NCBI GenBank assembly: GCA_963978095.1
Contig: CAXBQP010000030.1
Coordinates: 1-39,521 of the forward strand
DNA from: an uncultured bacterium
Lineage (GTDB): Bacteria; Gemmatimonadota; Gemmatimonadetes; Gemmatimonadales; Gemmatimonadaceae
Length of the DNA stretch: 39,521 nt
Direction: 5' to 3'
This document shows, one piece after another, positions 19,512-28,629 of this stretch. Position numbers and translations under genes: made by a program. Positions within the stretch are counted from its first letter, which is position 1. The number at the start of each line of letters is the position of its first letter. Under the pieces are notes generated by a model, which did no database searches, was not told where the DNA came from, and saw nothing but the letters and a program-made list of their open reading frames with translations.

Positions 19512-20297
19512 TTACGAAGCCGTCGGCGGCCTCGGCACGAACGCCGAAACCTCCCGCTGATACTGCCGATACGCCTCCCCTCGAGACCTCACCGCATGCG
19601 CTTCCGTCGCCGGGATCCCGGTGACCCGCAACAGGAAGTACAACATCAGCATCGGGCAAAAGATCCCCAACCATCCCCACGGCGAGCCGAGCGCGAAGGT
19701 CGCGAACGACACCCAGATCAACCATTCGAAGAAGTAATTCGGGTGCCGACTCCACCCCCAGAGCCCCACGCGGCACACGGTTCCCGTGTTCGCCGGGTTC
19801 GCCTTGAACTCCCGTAGCTGCCGGTCGGCCACGGCTTCGCCCACGACCGCCACGAGCCAGATCAGGGCGCCGAGCAACTCGAACGGACTCACCGCAACCG
19901 CCGCATTCCGCGACGCGATCAGCGCGGGCGTCGACAGCACCACATCGAGCACCCCTTGGAACATGAAGAAGGCGAAGAACTTGATCCCAAGGTTCGTCTT
20001 CCAGCGCGCACGAATCTCCGTGTAGCGCGCATCCTCCGGTTCGCTCGACACGCGCGCCACCAGATGCAACGTCAGCCGCGCACTCCACAGCCCCACCATC
20101 AGCAACACCGCCAGTCGCCGCGGGCCCCAGCCCGTGCCCAGCCAGGCATACAGTACCGCCAGGATGCCGAGCCCCGCCGTCCATCCCACGTCGACCACGG
20201 CCGCGTTCTTCAGCGCGAGGTGCAGACACCAGAGCAGGAACATCAGGGTCACCACCGTGGTCGTGCCGGCCATCACCTGCGTGGTCAGATCATGCAT
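19512..20297 (-). CDS. DUF1295 family (steroid 5-alpha-reductase-like) membrane protein
   Basis: NAAVVDVGW, EDARY, EAVADRQL, GLWGWSRHPNYFFEW, TGIPATE, YRQYQ; GGAG RBS. Confidence 0.88.
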   Translation of the reverse strand: MHDLTTQVMAGTTTVVTLMFLLWCLHLALKNAAVVDVGWTAGLGILAVLYAWLGTGWGPRRLAVLLMVGLWSARLTLHLVARVSSEPEDARYTEIRARWKTNLGIKFFAFFMFQGVLDVVLSTPALIASRNAAVAVSPFELLGALIWLVAVVGEAVADRQLREFKANPANTGTVCRVGLWGWSRHPNYFFEWLIWVSFATFALGSPWGWLGIFCPMLMLYFLLRVTGIPATEAHAVRSRGEAYRQYQREVSAFVPRPPTAS

Positions 20298-20332
20298 CGG
20301 CTGCTCCAGTGAGCGCGCGGGAGAATGGCCCG

Positions 20333-20353
20333 AAGTACGTCAATATCGTACTT
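20333..20353. promoter_or_regulatory. Palindromic operator/promoter element between divergent DUF1295 and serine-hydrolase operon
   Basis: Perfect 7-7-7 inverted repeat AAGTACG-TCAATAT-CGTACTT in an AT-rich island, overlapping a plus-strand TACTTT (20349-20354). Confidence 0.55.
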
Positions 20354-20396
20354 TGGCTGTCGCACCTGTTCCCCGCAATGCGAGGAGGTCCCCGCC

Positions 20397-22562
20397 ATGC
20401 CTGCATCCCCCGTCCGCCACCGGCTCGCGCTGCGCGTGTCACGCATCGCCGCGCTCTCGATCCTCGCGCTCACGATGGCCGCGCGCCCGACCCACAGTGC
20501 ACGTACGCCGGCGTTCCCGCGAACCACCCCCAGCCTGCGGCCGATGGCCGGCACGCTCTCCTCCGCCTTCCTCGACTCCCTCTTCCGCGACTATCGTGCC
20601 CCCAACGGCCCGGGCGCCGCGGTACTCGTCGCCCTCGACGGCCAACGCCTCGTCCGGACCGGCTACGGCAGCGGGGACCTGGCACCGAACGCCACCGACT
20701 CCGGCATCACGAGCCGCACCAACTTCCGGCTCGCCTCCATGACCAAACAGTTCACCGCCGCGGCCACGCTGCTCCTGGTCCAGGACGGCAAACTGCGGCT
20801 CGATGAATCCCTCACCGACATCTGGCCGGATTTCCCGGCCTACGGCAAGGCCATCACGGTCCGACAGCTCCTGCATCACACCAGCGGGCTCCGCGACTAC
20901 GAGGACTTCGTGCCGGATTCGCAAACCCGCCAAGTCAGCGACGCCGACGCCCTCGCCTTCATGAAGCGCACGGACAGCATACTCAGCCCGGCGGGCGCCA
21001 CGTACCACTACAGCAACACGGGCTACGCCGTGCTCAGCGAAATCGTCGCGACCCGCAGCGGCATGCCGTTCGACCAGTTCCTCAAACAGCGCATCTTCAC
21101 CCCGCTCGGCATGAGCGCCACGATCGCCTATCGCCAAGGCGATCCGGCACTGACGAACCGCGCCTACGGCCACTCACGCGCAGGCTCCTCCTGGACGCGC
21201 ACCGATCAGTCCAATACCTCCGCCGTCCTCGGCGACGGCGGCATCTACAGCTCCATCGACGATCTCTACCGCTGGGACCAAGCCCTCTACACCGACGCCA
21301 TTCTCCCGCAGGCAACGCTGAAGGACGCCTTCACCTCCGGCACCACCTCCGATCGCAAGCGCACCGGCTACGGCTACGGATGGCTCACCGACAGCTACCG
21401 CGGTGTCCCGCGCCTCTATCACACCGGATCCTCCATCGGATTCCGCAACGCGATCGTGCGCATCCCCGCGCTCAAGGCGACGGTGATCATCCTCACGAAT
21501 CGCAACGAAGGGGAACCGATCAAACTCGCCGAACGGATCATCGACCAACTGCTCTTCACCACCAAGGCCGCTCCGTGGACGGTCCAGCCGGTGAGCAGCA
21601 CCGCGAGCTGCCGCAGCATGAGCGCGCCGACGCCGTCCATCGCGTGGGTAGGGTGCACGGGCGGGAAAGTGTTCCGCACCATCGACGGTGGCACCACCTG
21701 GCAGATCGATTCCGTGCCGGGCGCGGCCGGTCTGGACTTCCGCGGCATCACGGCGTTCGACGCCGACACCGCCGTTGTCGCCAGCGCCGGGCCCGCTGAA
21801 CGAGGACAAGCGCGCATCTATCGCACGACCGACGGCGCCAAGTCGTGGCAACTCGCCTGGAGTGATTCCACCACAGGGATCTTCCTCGACGGACTCGCCT
21901 TCTGGGACGCCCAACATGGCTTCACCTTCAGCGATCCGATCGACCACAAGCTGGTGATTCTCACCACCGCCGACGGTGGCACGAGTTGGCAACGCACCAA
22001 CCCGGCCAACATTCCGCCGATCATCGACAAGGAAGCGGCCTTCGCCGCGAGCAACACGCAACTCACCACGCAAGGCACGAGCAACGCCTGGATCGCGACG
22101 GGCGGCGGCGCGGAAGCGCGCGTCTTCCGCACCACCGACCGCGGCCGCAGCTGGACCGTCGCCGGCACCGGCATGCCGGGTGGCCCGAGCGCGGGACTCT
22201 TCGGCATCGCCTTCAGCGATCCGCTCAATGGACTCGCCGTGGGGGGCGACTACAACATTCCGCGTGGGGTCACCGATTTCGCCATCCGCACCACCGACGG
22301 CGGCCGCACCTGGAAACCCGCGGGCGACGTGCTGCACCGCCCCGATGGCGTCACCCAGGGACTCACCCTCGTACGCGGTACGCGCACCCCGACCTTCGTC
22401 GCCACCGGCGGTTGGGGTACGGCCTTCACCACCGATTTCGGCGCCACGTGGCAGCACGGCGACACGCTCACGTCATGGGCCGTGAGCTTCCCGGCGCCAT
22501 CCGCGGGATGGGTCGCAGGTCCTCGTGGCCGCATTTCCAAGTACTCGGGAGGCACGCCGTGA
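20397..22562 (+). CDS. Secreted serine hydrolase (beta-lactamase/AmpC fold) fused to a Ycf48/BNR-repeat beta-propeller
   Basis: GAGGAGG RBS then ATG 20397 and a signal peptide; FRLASMTK (SxxK), LLHHTSG, YSN, HTGS; from ~21560, repeated RTxDGGxTW Asp-box motifs and EAAFAASNT. Confidence 0.85.
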   Translation: MPASPVRHRLALRVSRIAALSILALTMAARPTHSARTPAFPRTTPSLRPMAGTLSSAFLDSLFRDYRAPNGPGAAVLVALDGQRLVRTGYGSGDLAPNATDSGITSRTNFRLASMTKQFTAAATLLLVQDGKLRLDESLTDIWPDFPAYGKAITVRQLLHHTSGLRDYEDFVPDSQTRQVSDADALAFMKRTDSILSPAGATYHYSNTGYAVLSEIVATRSGMPFDQFLKQRIFTPLGMSATIAYRQGDPALTNRAYGHSRAGSSWTRTDQSNTSAVLGDGGIYSSIDDLYRWDQALYTDAILPQATLKDAFTSGTTSDRKRTGYGYGWLTDSYRGVPRLYHTGSSIGFRNAIVRIPALKATVIILTNRNEGEPIKLAERIIDQLLFTTKAAPWTVQPVSSTASCRSMSAPTPSIAWVGCTGGKVFRTIDGGTTWQIDSVPGAAGLDFRGITAFDADTAVVASAGPAERGQARIYRTTDGAKSWQLAWSDSTTGIFLDGLAFWDAQHGFTFSDPIDHKLVILTTADGGTSWQRTNPANIPPIIDKEAAFAASNTQLTTQGTSNAWIATGGGAEARVFRTTDRGRSWTVAGTGMPGGPSAGLFGIAFSDPLNGLAVGGDYNIPRGVTDFAIRTTDGGRTWKPAGDVLHRPDGVTQGLTLVRGTRTPTFVATGGWGTAFTTDFGATWQHGDTLTSWAVSFPAPSAGWVAGPRGRISKYSGGTP

Positions 22563-24226
22563 CCTACGATCTCAAGGACGTCTCACTGCCAAAACTCGGC
22601 ACCGCGGGACTGCGCGCCGTCGTCGCCCTCGCCGAAAGCCCGATCATCGGGCCGCTGCTGGTCGAGCGGCTGAAGCGGGACGGCGGACTCGCCGGCTTTG
22701 CCCAGCGCACGCCGGACGAAGTCCCCACCATGTATCCGCACCTGCCCGCCGACGCGCGCGCGATTCCTCCACTCGTTCAGGCCGCGACGCCCACCACCGC
22801 ACCGGGATTCCGCTTCCCGGGCGTTGACGACTATCACGACGCCTACCGCGCGGGACGCACGACCCCGACCGACGTCGCCACGCAGTTCCTCGCGCGCGTC
22901 GCCGAGAGTGAGCGCGGCGACCGCCCCCTGCGCGCCTTCATCGCCATCGATCGCGACGACGTCCTCGCCCAAGCCCACGCAAGCACCGAGCGCTGGCGCG
23001 CCGGCCGCCCCCTCGGCCTCTTCGACGGCGTCCCCGTCGGGGTCAAGGACGAAATGGACGTTGCCGGGTATCCGACGACGGTCGGCACGTCATTCCTGGG
23101 AGATGCCCCCGCCGCCCACGATGCCACCGTCGTCGCACGCATGCGCGCCGCCGGAGCGCTGATCGTGGGCAAGACCAACATGCACGAGATCGGCATCAAC
23201 ATCACCGGTCTCAATCCGCATCACGGATGCACGCGCAATCCGTACAATGACTCCTACCACACCGGCGCCTCCTCGAGCGGATCCGCGACCGCCGTCGCGG
23301 CCGGACTCGTCCCGATCGCCATCGGCGCGGACGGCGGCGGCTCCATTCGCATTCCCGCCGCGCTCTGCGGCGTCGTGGGCATCAAGAGCACCTTCGGCCG
23401 GCTGAGCGAGCACGGCGCCTTCCCCCTCTGCTGGAGTCTGGGCTATCTCGGACCCATCGCGACCAACGTCCGCGACACCGCGCGCGCGTGGGCCATCATG
23501 GCGGGCTACGACGCGCACGACCCGAACACCGACGACAAACCGGAGATCGCGCTCGACGAGTCCGCCCCCGCTTCACTCGCCGGCATCCGGCTGGGCGTCT
23601 ATCGCCCGTGGTTCGAGCACGCGACCGCCGACGTCGTGCAACACACCGATCGATTGCTCCGGCAACTCGTGGCACACGGCGCCACCCTGCACGACGTCCA
23701 GATCCCGGAGCTCGACGCACAGCGCGTCGCACACATCGTGAGCATCACCGGCGAGATGACCACGAGCATGGAACGTCACTACGCCGCCCATCGCCGCGAC
23801 TTCGGACTCGACGTCCGGGTGAACCTCGCCTTGGCCCGCAGCTTCAGCGCACGCGACTATGTCAACGCCCAGCGCATTCGCACCCGCGCCCAAGCGATCT
23901 GGACCCGCGCCTTCACCGACGTCGACGCCATCATCACACCGACCACCGGCCAGACGGCGCCGGCCATCGACGAGCGCTCGCTCCCCGATGGCAATAGCGA
24001 CCTCTCCATGTCGCTGCGCGTGATGCGCTTCTGCCAGTCGGCCAACTTCACCGGACACCCGGCCATCACCATGCCGGCCGGCTACGACCACAACGGACTC
24101 CCGATCGGCTTGCAAGCCATCGGTCGCCCCTGGGGCGAACGCCTGCTCTTCCGCATTGCGGCGATGGCCGAACAGATCGTCGAGCGTCACGCCCCGAAAC
24201 GGTGGCATCCGGCACTCGACGCATGA
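22559..24226 (+). CDS. Amidase-signature enzyme resembling plant fatty acid amide hydrolase (FAAH)
   Basis: GTG overlaps the previous stop; GVKDE (Lys), GKTNMHEIG, TGASSSGS and GADGGGSIRIP (Ser-cisSer-Lys triad); N-terminal extension resembles plant FAAH. Confidence 0.85.
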   Translation: MTYDLKDVSLPKLGTAGLRAVVALAESPIIGPLLVERLKRDGGLAGFAQRTPDEVPTMYPHLPADARAIPPLVQAATPTTAPGFRFPGVDDYHDAYRAGRTTPTDVATQFLARVAESERGDRPLRAFIAIDRDDVLAQAHASTERWRAGRPLGLFDGVPVGVKDEMDVAGYPTTVGTSFLGDAPAAHDATVVARMRAAGALIVGKTNMHEIGINITGLNPHHGCTRNPYNDSYHTGASSSGSATAVAAGLVPIAIGADGGGSIRIPAALCGVVGIKSTFGRLSEHGAFPLCWSLGYLGPIATNVRDTARAWAIMAGYDAHDPNTDDKPEIALDESAPASLAGIRLGVYRPWFEHATADVVQHTDRLLRQLVAHGATLHDVQIPELDAQRVAHIVSITGEMTTSMERHYAAHRRDFGLDVRVNLALARSFSARDYVNAQRIRTRAQAIWTRAFTDVDAIITPTTGQTAPAIDERSLPDGNSDLSMSLRVMRFCQSANFTGHPAITMPAGYDHNGLPIGLQAIGRPWGERLLFRIAAMAEQIVERHAPKRWHPALDA

Positions 24227-25008
24227 CCGATCTCACGAGCATGGCCGCCCCGGCCAATCTCCTCCCCGGCCTCGCCCTCTCCGGCATCATCGGCATCACA
24301 CTCGGCATGCTCGGTGGGGGTGGCTCCATTCTCACCGTCCCGGTCTTCGTCTACGTGCTCGGCTACGACCCGAAGCTCGCGATCGCGATGAGCTACCCGG
24401 TCGTGGGCGTCACGACACTCGTCGGTGCCGTGGGCCGGTACCGTGCCGGCTTCGTCAACATCCCGCGCGCGCTGATTGTCGGCGCGGCATCGATGTCCGC
24501 CGCCTTCTTGGCCGCCCGTCTCTCGCACGGCGTGAAAGGAACGCTGCAGCTCGCGATCCTCGGCACCGTGATGCTCGCCTCCGCCGCCACCATGCTGCGC
24601 TCGGCGAGCAGCGCCGACATCCCCGCCGATGCCGCACCCCCACGCCCCGCCGTGCTCGCACTGGTCGGCCTGTGCGTCGGCACGCTCACCGGACTCGTCG
24701 GCGTCGGTGGGGGCTTCCTGATCGTTCCCGCCTTGGTCGGCTACGGCGGGGTCGCCATGCGGGAAGCCGTTGGCACATCGTTGCTGATCATCACCGCGAA
24801 CTGTGTCGCCGGTTTCGCCGGACAACACCACGTGGTCGCACTCCCGTGGGACATCATTGTTATCTTTACGGCGATGTCCATGGGAGGACTGCTGGTCGGC
24901 ACGCGACTCGCGCGGGAAGTCGCCGTCGGCAGCCTCAAGCGGGGATTCGCCCTGCTCCTGCTGGTTGTTGCCATGTTGCTCCTGTGGCAGAATCGCTCGC
25001 AGTTCTAA
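24223..25008 (+). CDS. Sulfite exporter TauE/SafE family membrane protein
   Basis: GMLGGGGSILTVP, GLVGVGGGFLIVPAL, AVGTSLLII; ATGA overlap with the amidase stop. Confidence 0.88.
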   Translation: MTDLTSMAAPANLLPGLALSGIIGITLGMLGGGGSILTVPVFVYVLGYDPKLAIAMSYPVVGVTTLVGAVGRYRAGFVNIPRALIVGAASMSAAFLAARLSHGVKGTLQLAILGTVMLASAATMLRSASSADIPADAAPPRPAVLALVGLCVGTLTGLVGVGGGFLIVPALVGYGGVAMREAVGTSLLIITANCVAGFAGQHHVVALPWDIIVIFTAMSMGGLLVGTRLAREVAVGSLKRGFALLLLVVAMLLLWQNRSQF

Positions 25009-25024
25009 CGCGCGGAGCCACCGG

Positions 25025-26446
25025 ATGTTCTTCAAACGCTTCTACGACGACGGGCTCGCCCAAGCCAGCTACCTGATCGGTTGCGACGGCACGGGCGAAG
25101 CGATCGTGATCGACGCCAATCGCGCGATCGCGACGTACATCGCGGCCGCCGCCGCCGAGAAGTTGCGGATCGTGGCCGTCACGGAGACCCACATCCACGC
25201 GGATTACCTGTCGGGCAGTCGTGAACTCGCACGCGCGACCGGCGCCACGCTGTATCTGAGCGCTGAGGGTGGCGAGGACTGGCACTATCGCTTTGCGGCA
25301 GCGGAGCGCGCACAGCTCCTCCGTGACGGTGATCAGGTGCGCATCGGCATGGTGCGTCTCGACGTAGTGCACACCCCCGGGCATACGCCGGAGCATCTGA
25401 GCTTCCTCGTGACCGATACCGCGGCGAGCGAGCGCCCCGTCGGGCTCTGCTCCGGCGATTTTGTGTTCGTTGGCGATGTCGGACGTCCGGATCTGCTCGA
25501 GCGCGCGGCGAACGTGGCGAACACCATGGAAGTCGCCGCCCACCAGCTCTTCCATTCGCTCGAACGCTTCCGCGCACTCCCCGACTACGTCCAGGTCTGG
25601 CCCGGCCACGGAGCGGGCTCGGCCTGCGGCAAAGCGCTGGGGGCGATGCCGCAGAGCACCGTCGGGTATGAGCGCATCGCCAACTGGGGAGTGAGCGCCA
25701 CGCACGAGGACGCCTTCGTGCAGGACGTGCTCGCCGGACAGCCGGAGCCCCCCGTGTACTTCGCCACCATGAAGCGTCTCAACCGCGACGGCCCGCCGAT
25801 CTTGGGGGAGATGCCGACGCCCAAGCCGCTCGAGGCCACGGCGCTCACCCCCGCGGTGTTGCGTGAGGGCATTGTCGTCGACATCCGCGCCGCGGACGAT
25901 TTCGCCGCGGGATACATCCCCGGGACGCTCAATATCCCGTTCGGCAAGACGTTCTCGACCTGGGCCGGTTGGTTGCTGCCCTACAACCGTGACGTCGTGC
26001 TGATTGCCAACGACGCGGCCCAGGCCGCGCGCGCGACGCGTGAGATGGCCATGATCGGTCTCGACCACGTCGCCGGTTTCACGACCGCCGAAGCCGTCAC
26101 GGCGTGGAACGCGGCGGGGCATGGCATCGAGACCATCCCGCAATCCACGGGAGCGGAGATGGCGCCCCGGATCGCTGCGCACGAGGTCACCGTCGTCGAT
26201 GTCCGGAATCACAGCGAGTTCGCGCAGGGGCACATTCCGGGAGCGCTCCATATGCCGGTGGGCCACCTCAACGCGCGATTGGCGGAGATTCCGCGCGACA
26301 AGCCGATCGTCCTGCAGTGCCAGGGCGGTGCGCGCAGCGCGATCGCGTCGAGCGTCCTGCGGCGTGCCGGCATTCGGGACATCGTCAACCTGCGCGGCGG
26401 TTTCGGCGATTGGGAACGCGAGGGACACCCGGTCTCCCACGTCTGA
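25025..26446 (+). CDS. MBL-fold persulfide dioxygenase-rhodanese fusion (CstB-like)
   Basis: ETHIHADY, HTPGHTPEH, GDFVFVGDVGRPDL, PGHGAGSACGK; a Cys-less pseudo-rhodanese (DIR...GYIPG) followed by an active-site rhodanese (CQGGARS). Confidence 0.88.
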   Translation: MFFKRFYDDGLAQASYLIGCDGTGEAIVIDANRAIATYIAAAAAEKLRIVAVTETHIHADYLSGSRELARATGATLYLSAEGGEDWHYRFAAAERAQLLRDGDQVRIGMVRLDVVHTPGHTPEHLSFLVTDTAASERPVGLCSGDFVFVGDVGRPDLLERAANVANTMEVAAHQLFHSLERFRALPDYVQVWPGHGAGSACGKALGAMPQSTVGYERIANWGVSATHEDAFVQDVLAGQPEPPVYFATMKRLNRDGPPILGEMPTPKPLEATALTPAVLREGIVVDIRAADDFAAGYIPGTLNIPFGKTFSTWAGWLLPYNRDVVLIANDAAQAARATREMAMIGLDHVAGFTTAEAVTAWNAAGHGIETIPQSTGAEMAPRIAAHEVTVVDVRNHSEFAQGHIPGALHMPVGHLNARLAEIPRDKPIVLQCQGGARSAIASSVLRRAGIRDIVNLRGGFGDWEREGHPVSHV

Positions 26447-26504
26447 CACGCGTCGGCAGGACGGAAGTCGCGGATCCGTCGCGCCCTCGACAGGGATGCG
26501 ACGC

Positions 26505-26545
26505 ACGGAAGGCCGGTGAACCCTTGCGAGTCACCGGCCTTCCGT
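26505..26545. terminator. Strong hairpin, probable terminator of the hydrolase-amidase-TauE-CstB operon
   Basis: Perfect 15-bp stem ACGGAAGGCCGGTGA / TCACCGGCCTTCCGT, 59 nt after the stop; no clear U-tract. Confidence 0.6.
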
Positions 26546-26666
26546 ATGCTGCGATCGCACCATTGCGCCCGGACGCGTCGTGGGGCGATGCGCAAACATT
26601 ACAACACTAGGCATCCCATGCGCAATGGTGATGCGTGAGGTGGTGCACCGACCATCGCATCGCACG

Positions 26667-26699
26667 ACGGGGTGAGCGACCATGTGTCGCTCACCCCGT
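26667..26699. terminator. Hairpin downstream of tRNA-Cys, probable terminator
   Basis: Perfect 14-bp stem ACGGGGTGAGCGAC-catgt-GTCGCTCACCCCGT, 27 nt past the tRNA 3' end. Confidence 0.6.
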
Positions 26700-26726
26700 G
26701 TCGTCCAACGTTTCGTCATCTGCGAG

Positions 26727-26797
26727 AGGCGCCGGTCGGAATCGAACCGACGGTGGGAGATTTGCAGTCTCCTGCCTTACCACTTGGCGACGGCGCC
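26727..26797 (-). tRNA. tRNA-Cys (GCA), CCA not encoded
   Basis: GGCGCCG TC GCC AAGTGGTAA GGC A GGAGA CT GCA AA TCTCC CACC GTCGG TTCGATT CCGAC CGGCGCC T; all stems pair; U discriminator typical of Cys. Confidence 0.97.
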
Positions 26798-26936
26798 GTG
26801 TCGTGTGCTCGATGAACAGCTGCGTTCCGCACGTACCATCATAACCAGTCAGTGGCTCCCGGCGCAACGAAACCGCACACACGCGATTCGGCGCTCGCCG
26901 TCACGGACATTCGCGTTCCCGGCATCGGGGACATCG

Positions 26937-27095
26937 TCAGCGACGGTGGCCCTCCGGCTTCCGCATGCGGCATGCGTCCGAGCAGAACTTCACGTCGTGC
27001 CACACCTTCTCCCATTTCTTCCGCCACGTGAAGGGCCGTCCGCACACCGTGCATGTCTTCGTCGGCAACTCGCTCTTCTTCCGCATCTTCGGCAT
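26937..27095 (-). CDS. DUF2256 family small zinc-binding protein (52 aa)
   Basis: MPKMRKKSELPTKTCTVCGRPFTWRKKWEKVWHDVKFCSDACR; GAGGAG RBS. Confidence 0.88.
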   Translation of the reverse strand: MPKMRKKSELPTKTCTVCGRPFTWRKKWEKVWHDVKFCSDACRMRKPEGHRR

Positions 27096-27180
27096 CGTCT
27101 GCTCCTCTGGTGATTCCGCGCATGGAACATAATGCGCGCCGGCAGGGCGGATCGGCGCGCGACGTCGTATATTCGCCGCC

Positions 27181-28581
27181 ATGAACTCCTTGCTCCGATG
27201 GGCCACCGTCCTGGCGACCGCGGCAGTCATCCTCGCCGTCCCCCTGCCCGCGGGGATCTCCCCGGAATCGTGGCGGTTGTTCGCCATCTTCGCAGCGACC
27301 ATCGCGGGATCGATCCTCCGCCCCGTCCCCGCGGGTGCGGTCGTCTTCCTCGGCGTCACCACGCTCGCCCTCACCGGCACACTCACTCCCGCCAAGGCGC
27401 TCGGCGGCTACTCCGAGCCGCTCGTCTGGCTCGTGCTCTGCGCCTTCTTCATGTCGCGTGGCGTCCTGAAGACCGGACTCGGTCGACGTATCGCGTATCG
27501 CTTCATCCGCGCCATCGGCTCCAGTTCTCTGGGCCTCGCGTACGCACTCGTCGGCACCGACACCCTGCTCGCCTCATTCCTTCCCAGCAACTCGGCGCGT
27601 GCGGGTGGGGTCGTCTTTCCCGTTGCCCGCTCGCTCGCTGAAGCGTACGACTCGCAGCCCGGAGCGACCGCCCGGCGACTCGGCGCCTACCTGCTCCTCA
27701 CCGTGTATCAGTGCGACGTGATTGCCTGCGCCACCTTCCTCACGGGACAGGTGTCCAATGTGCTCGCCGCCAAGTTCGCGCACGACACCGCACACGTCGA
27801 TCTCTCCTACACCACCTGGCTCCTCGGCGCCTCCCTCCCCGCCGCCGTCGCACTGCTCCTCGTACCGAGACTCCTGTTCGCCATCTATCCCCCCGACATC
27901 ACGCGCACCCCGGACGCCGCGCGGATGGCCGGCGACGAACTGCAGCGCATGGGCCCGATGTCGCGCAGTGAACGCGTCATGCTCCTGGTGTTCGGCATCG
28001 TCGCGCTCACCTGGATGACCACGCCGCTCCACCATCTCGACTACACCGTCGTCGCCATGGGCGGCGTGAGCGCTCTCTTTCTCGCCGGCGTGCTCACCTG
28101 GGACGACATCACCAGCGAACGCGGCGCCTGGGATGTCTTCCTCTGGTACGGCGGTCTCGTGCGCATGGCCGGAGCGATCGGCGAGAGCGGACTCACCACG
28201 CGCTTCGCACAAGCGACCGCCGGCATGACCACCGGCTGGCACTGGAGCGCGGCACTCGCCGTGCTCGTGCTGGTCTATTTCTTCGCGCACTACGGATTCG
28301 CCAGCATCACCGCCCACATCACGGCCATGTTCACCCCGTTCCTCGTGGTGCTCCTCGCCGCCGGTGCCCCGCCGCTGATCGCGGTGCTCTTTCTCGCCTA
28401 CTTCTCCAACCTGGGAGCGGCGCTCACGCACTTCGGGACCACAACGTCGCCGATCTACTTCGGTGCGGGGTACGTCTCGCAACGCGATTGGTGGCGGCTG
28501 GGACTCATCGTGGCACTCGCCACCATGTCCATCTTCACCGCCGTCGGACTCGGCTGGTGGAAACTGCTCGGCTGGTGGTGA
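27181..28581 (+). CDS. DASS family anion transporter (2-oxoglutarate/malate translocator / CitT-like)
   Basis: KTGLGRRIA, PSNSARAGGVVFP, AWDVFLWYGGL, HYGFASITAH, LTHFGTT..PIYFGAGYV, WWKLLG; TATATT 7 nt before the ATG. Confidence 0.9.
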   Translation: MNSLLRWATVLATAAVILAVPLPAGISPESWRLFAIFAATIAGSILRPVPAGAVVFLGVTTLALTGTLTPAKALGGYSEPLVWLVLCAFFMSRGVLKTGLGRRIAYRFIRAIGSSSLGLAYALVGTDTLLASFLPSNSARAGGVVFPVARSLAEAYDSQPGATARRLGAYLLLTVYQCDVIACATFLTGQVSNVLAAKFAHDTAHVDLSYTTWLLGASLPAAVALLLVPRLLFAIYPPDITRTPDAARMAGDELQRMGPMSRSERVMLLVFGIVALTWMTTPLHHLDYTVVAMGGVSALFLAGVLTWDDITSERGAWDVFLWYGGLVRMAGAIGESGLTTRFAQATAGMTTGWHWSAALAVLVLVYFFAHYGFASITAHITAMFTPFLVVLLAAGAPPLIAVLFLAYFSNLGAALTHFGTTTSPIYFGAGYVSQRDWWRLGLIVALATMSIFTAVGLGWWKLLGWW

Positions 28582-28629
28582 GCGATCACGCCCGCTCCGC
28601 ATCGTCCGAGCGCGCGGCCACGTAGCGGA

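Noticed and set aside
20397..21560. Beta-lactam resistance gene
   Set aside because: The fold is shared by many esterases/peptidases (HTG rather than KTG); resistance cannot be claimed from sequence
21560..22562. Ycf48-like domain as evidence of photosystem II or phototrophy
   Set aside because: Asp-box propellers are widespread in non-phototrophs, and no photosynthesis genes are present
26727..26797. tRNA-Cys as a possible integration site of a genomic island
   Set aside because: No integrase and no duplicated tRNA 3' end seen in the window
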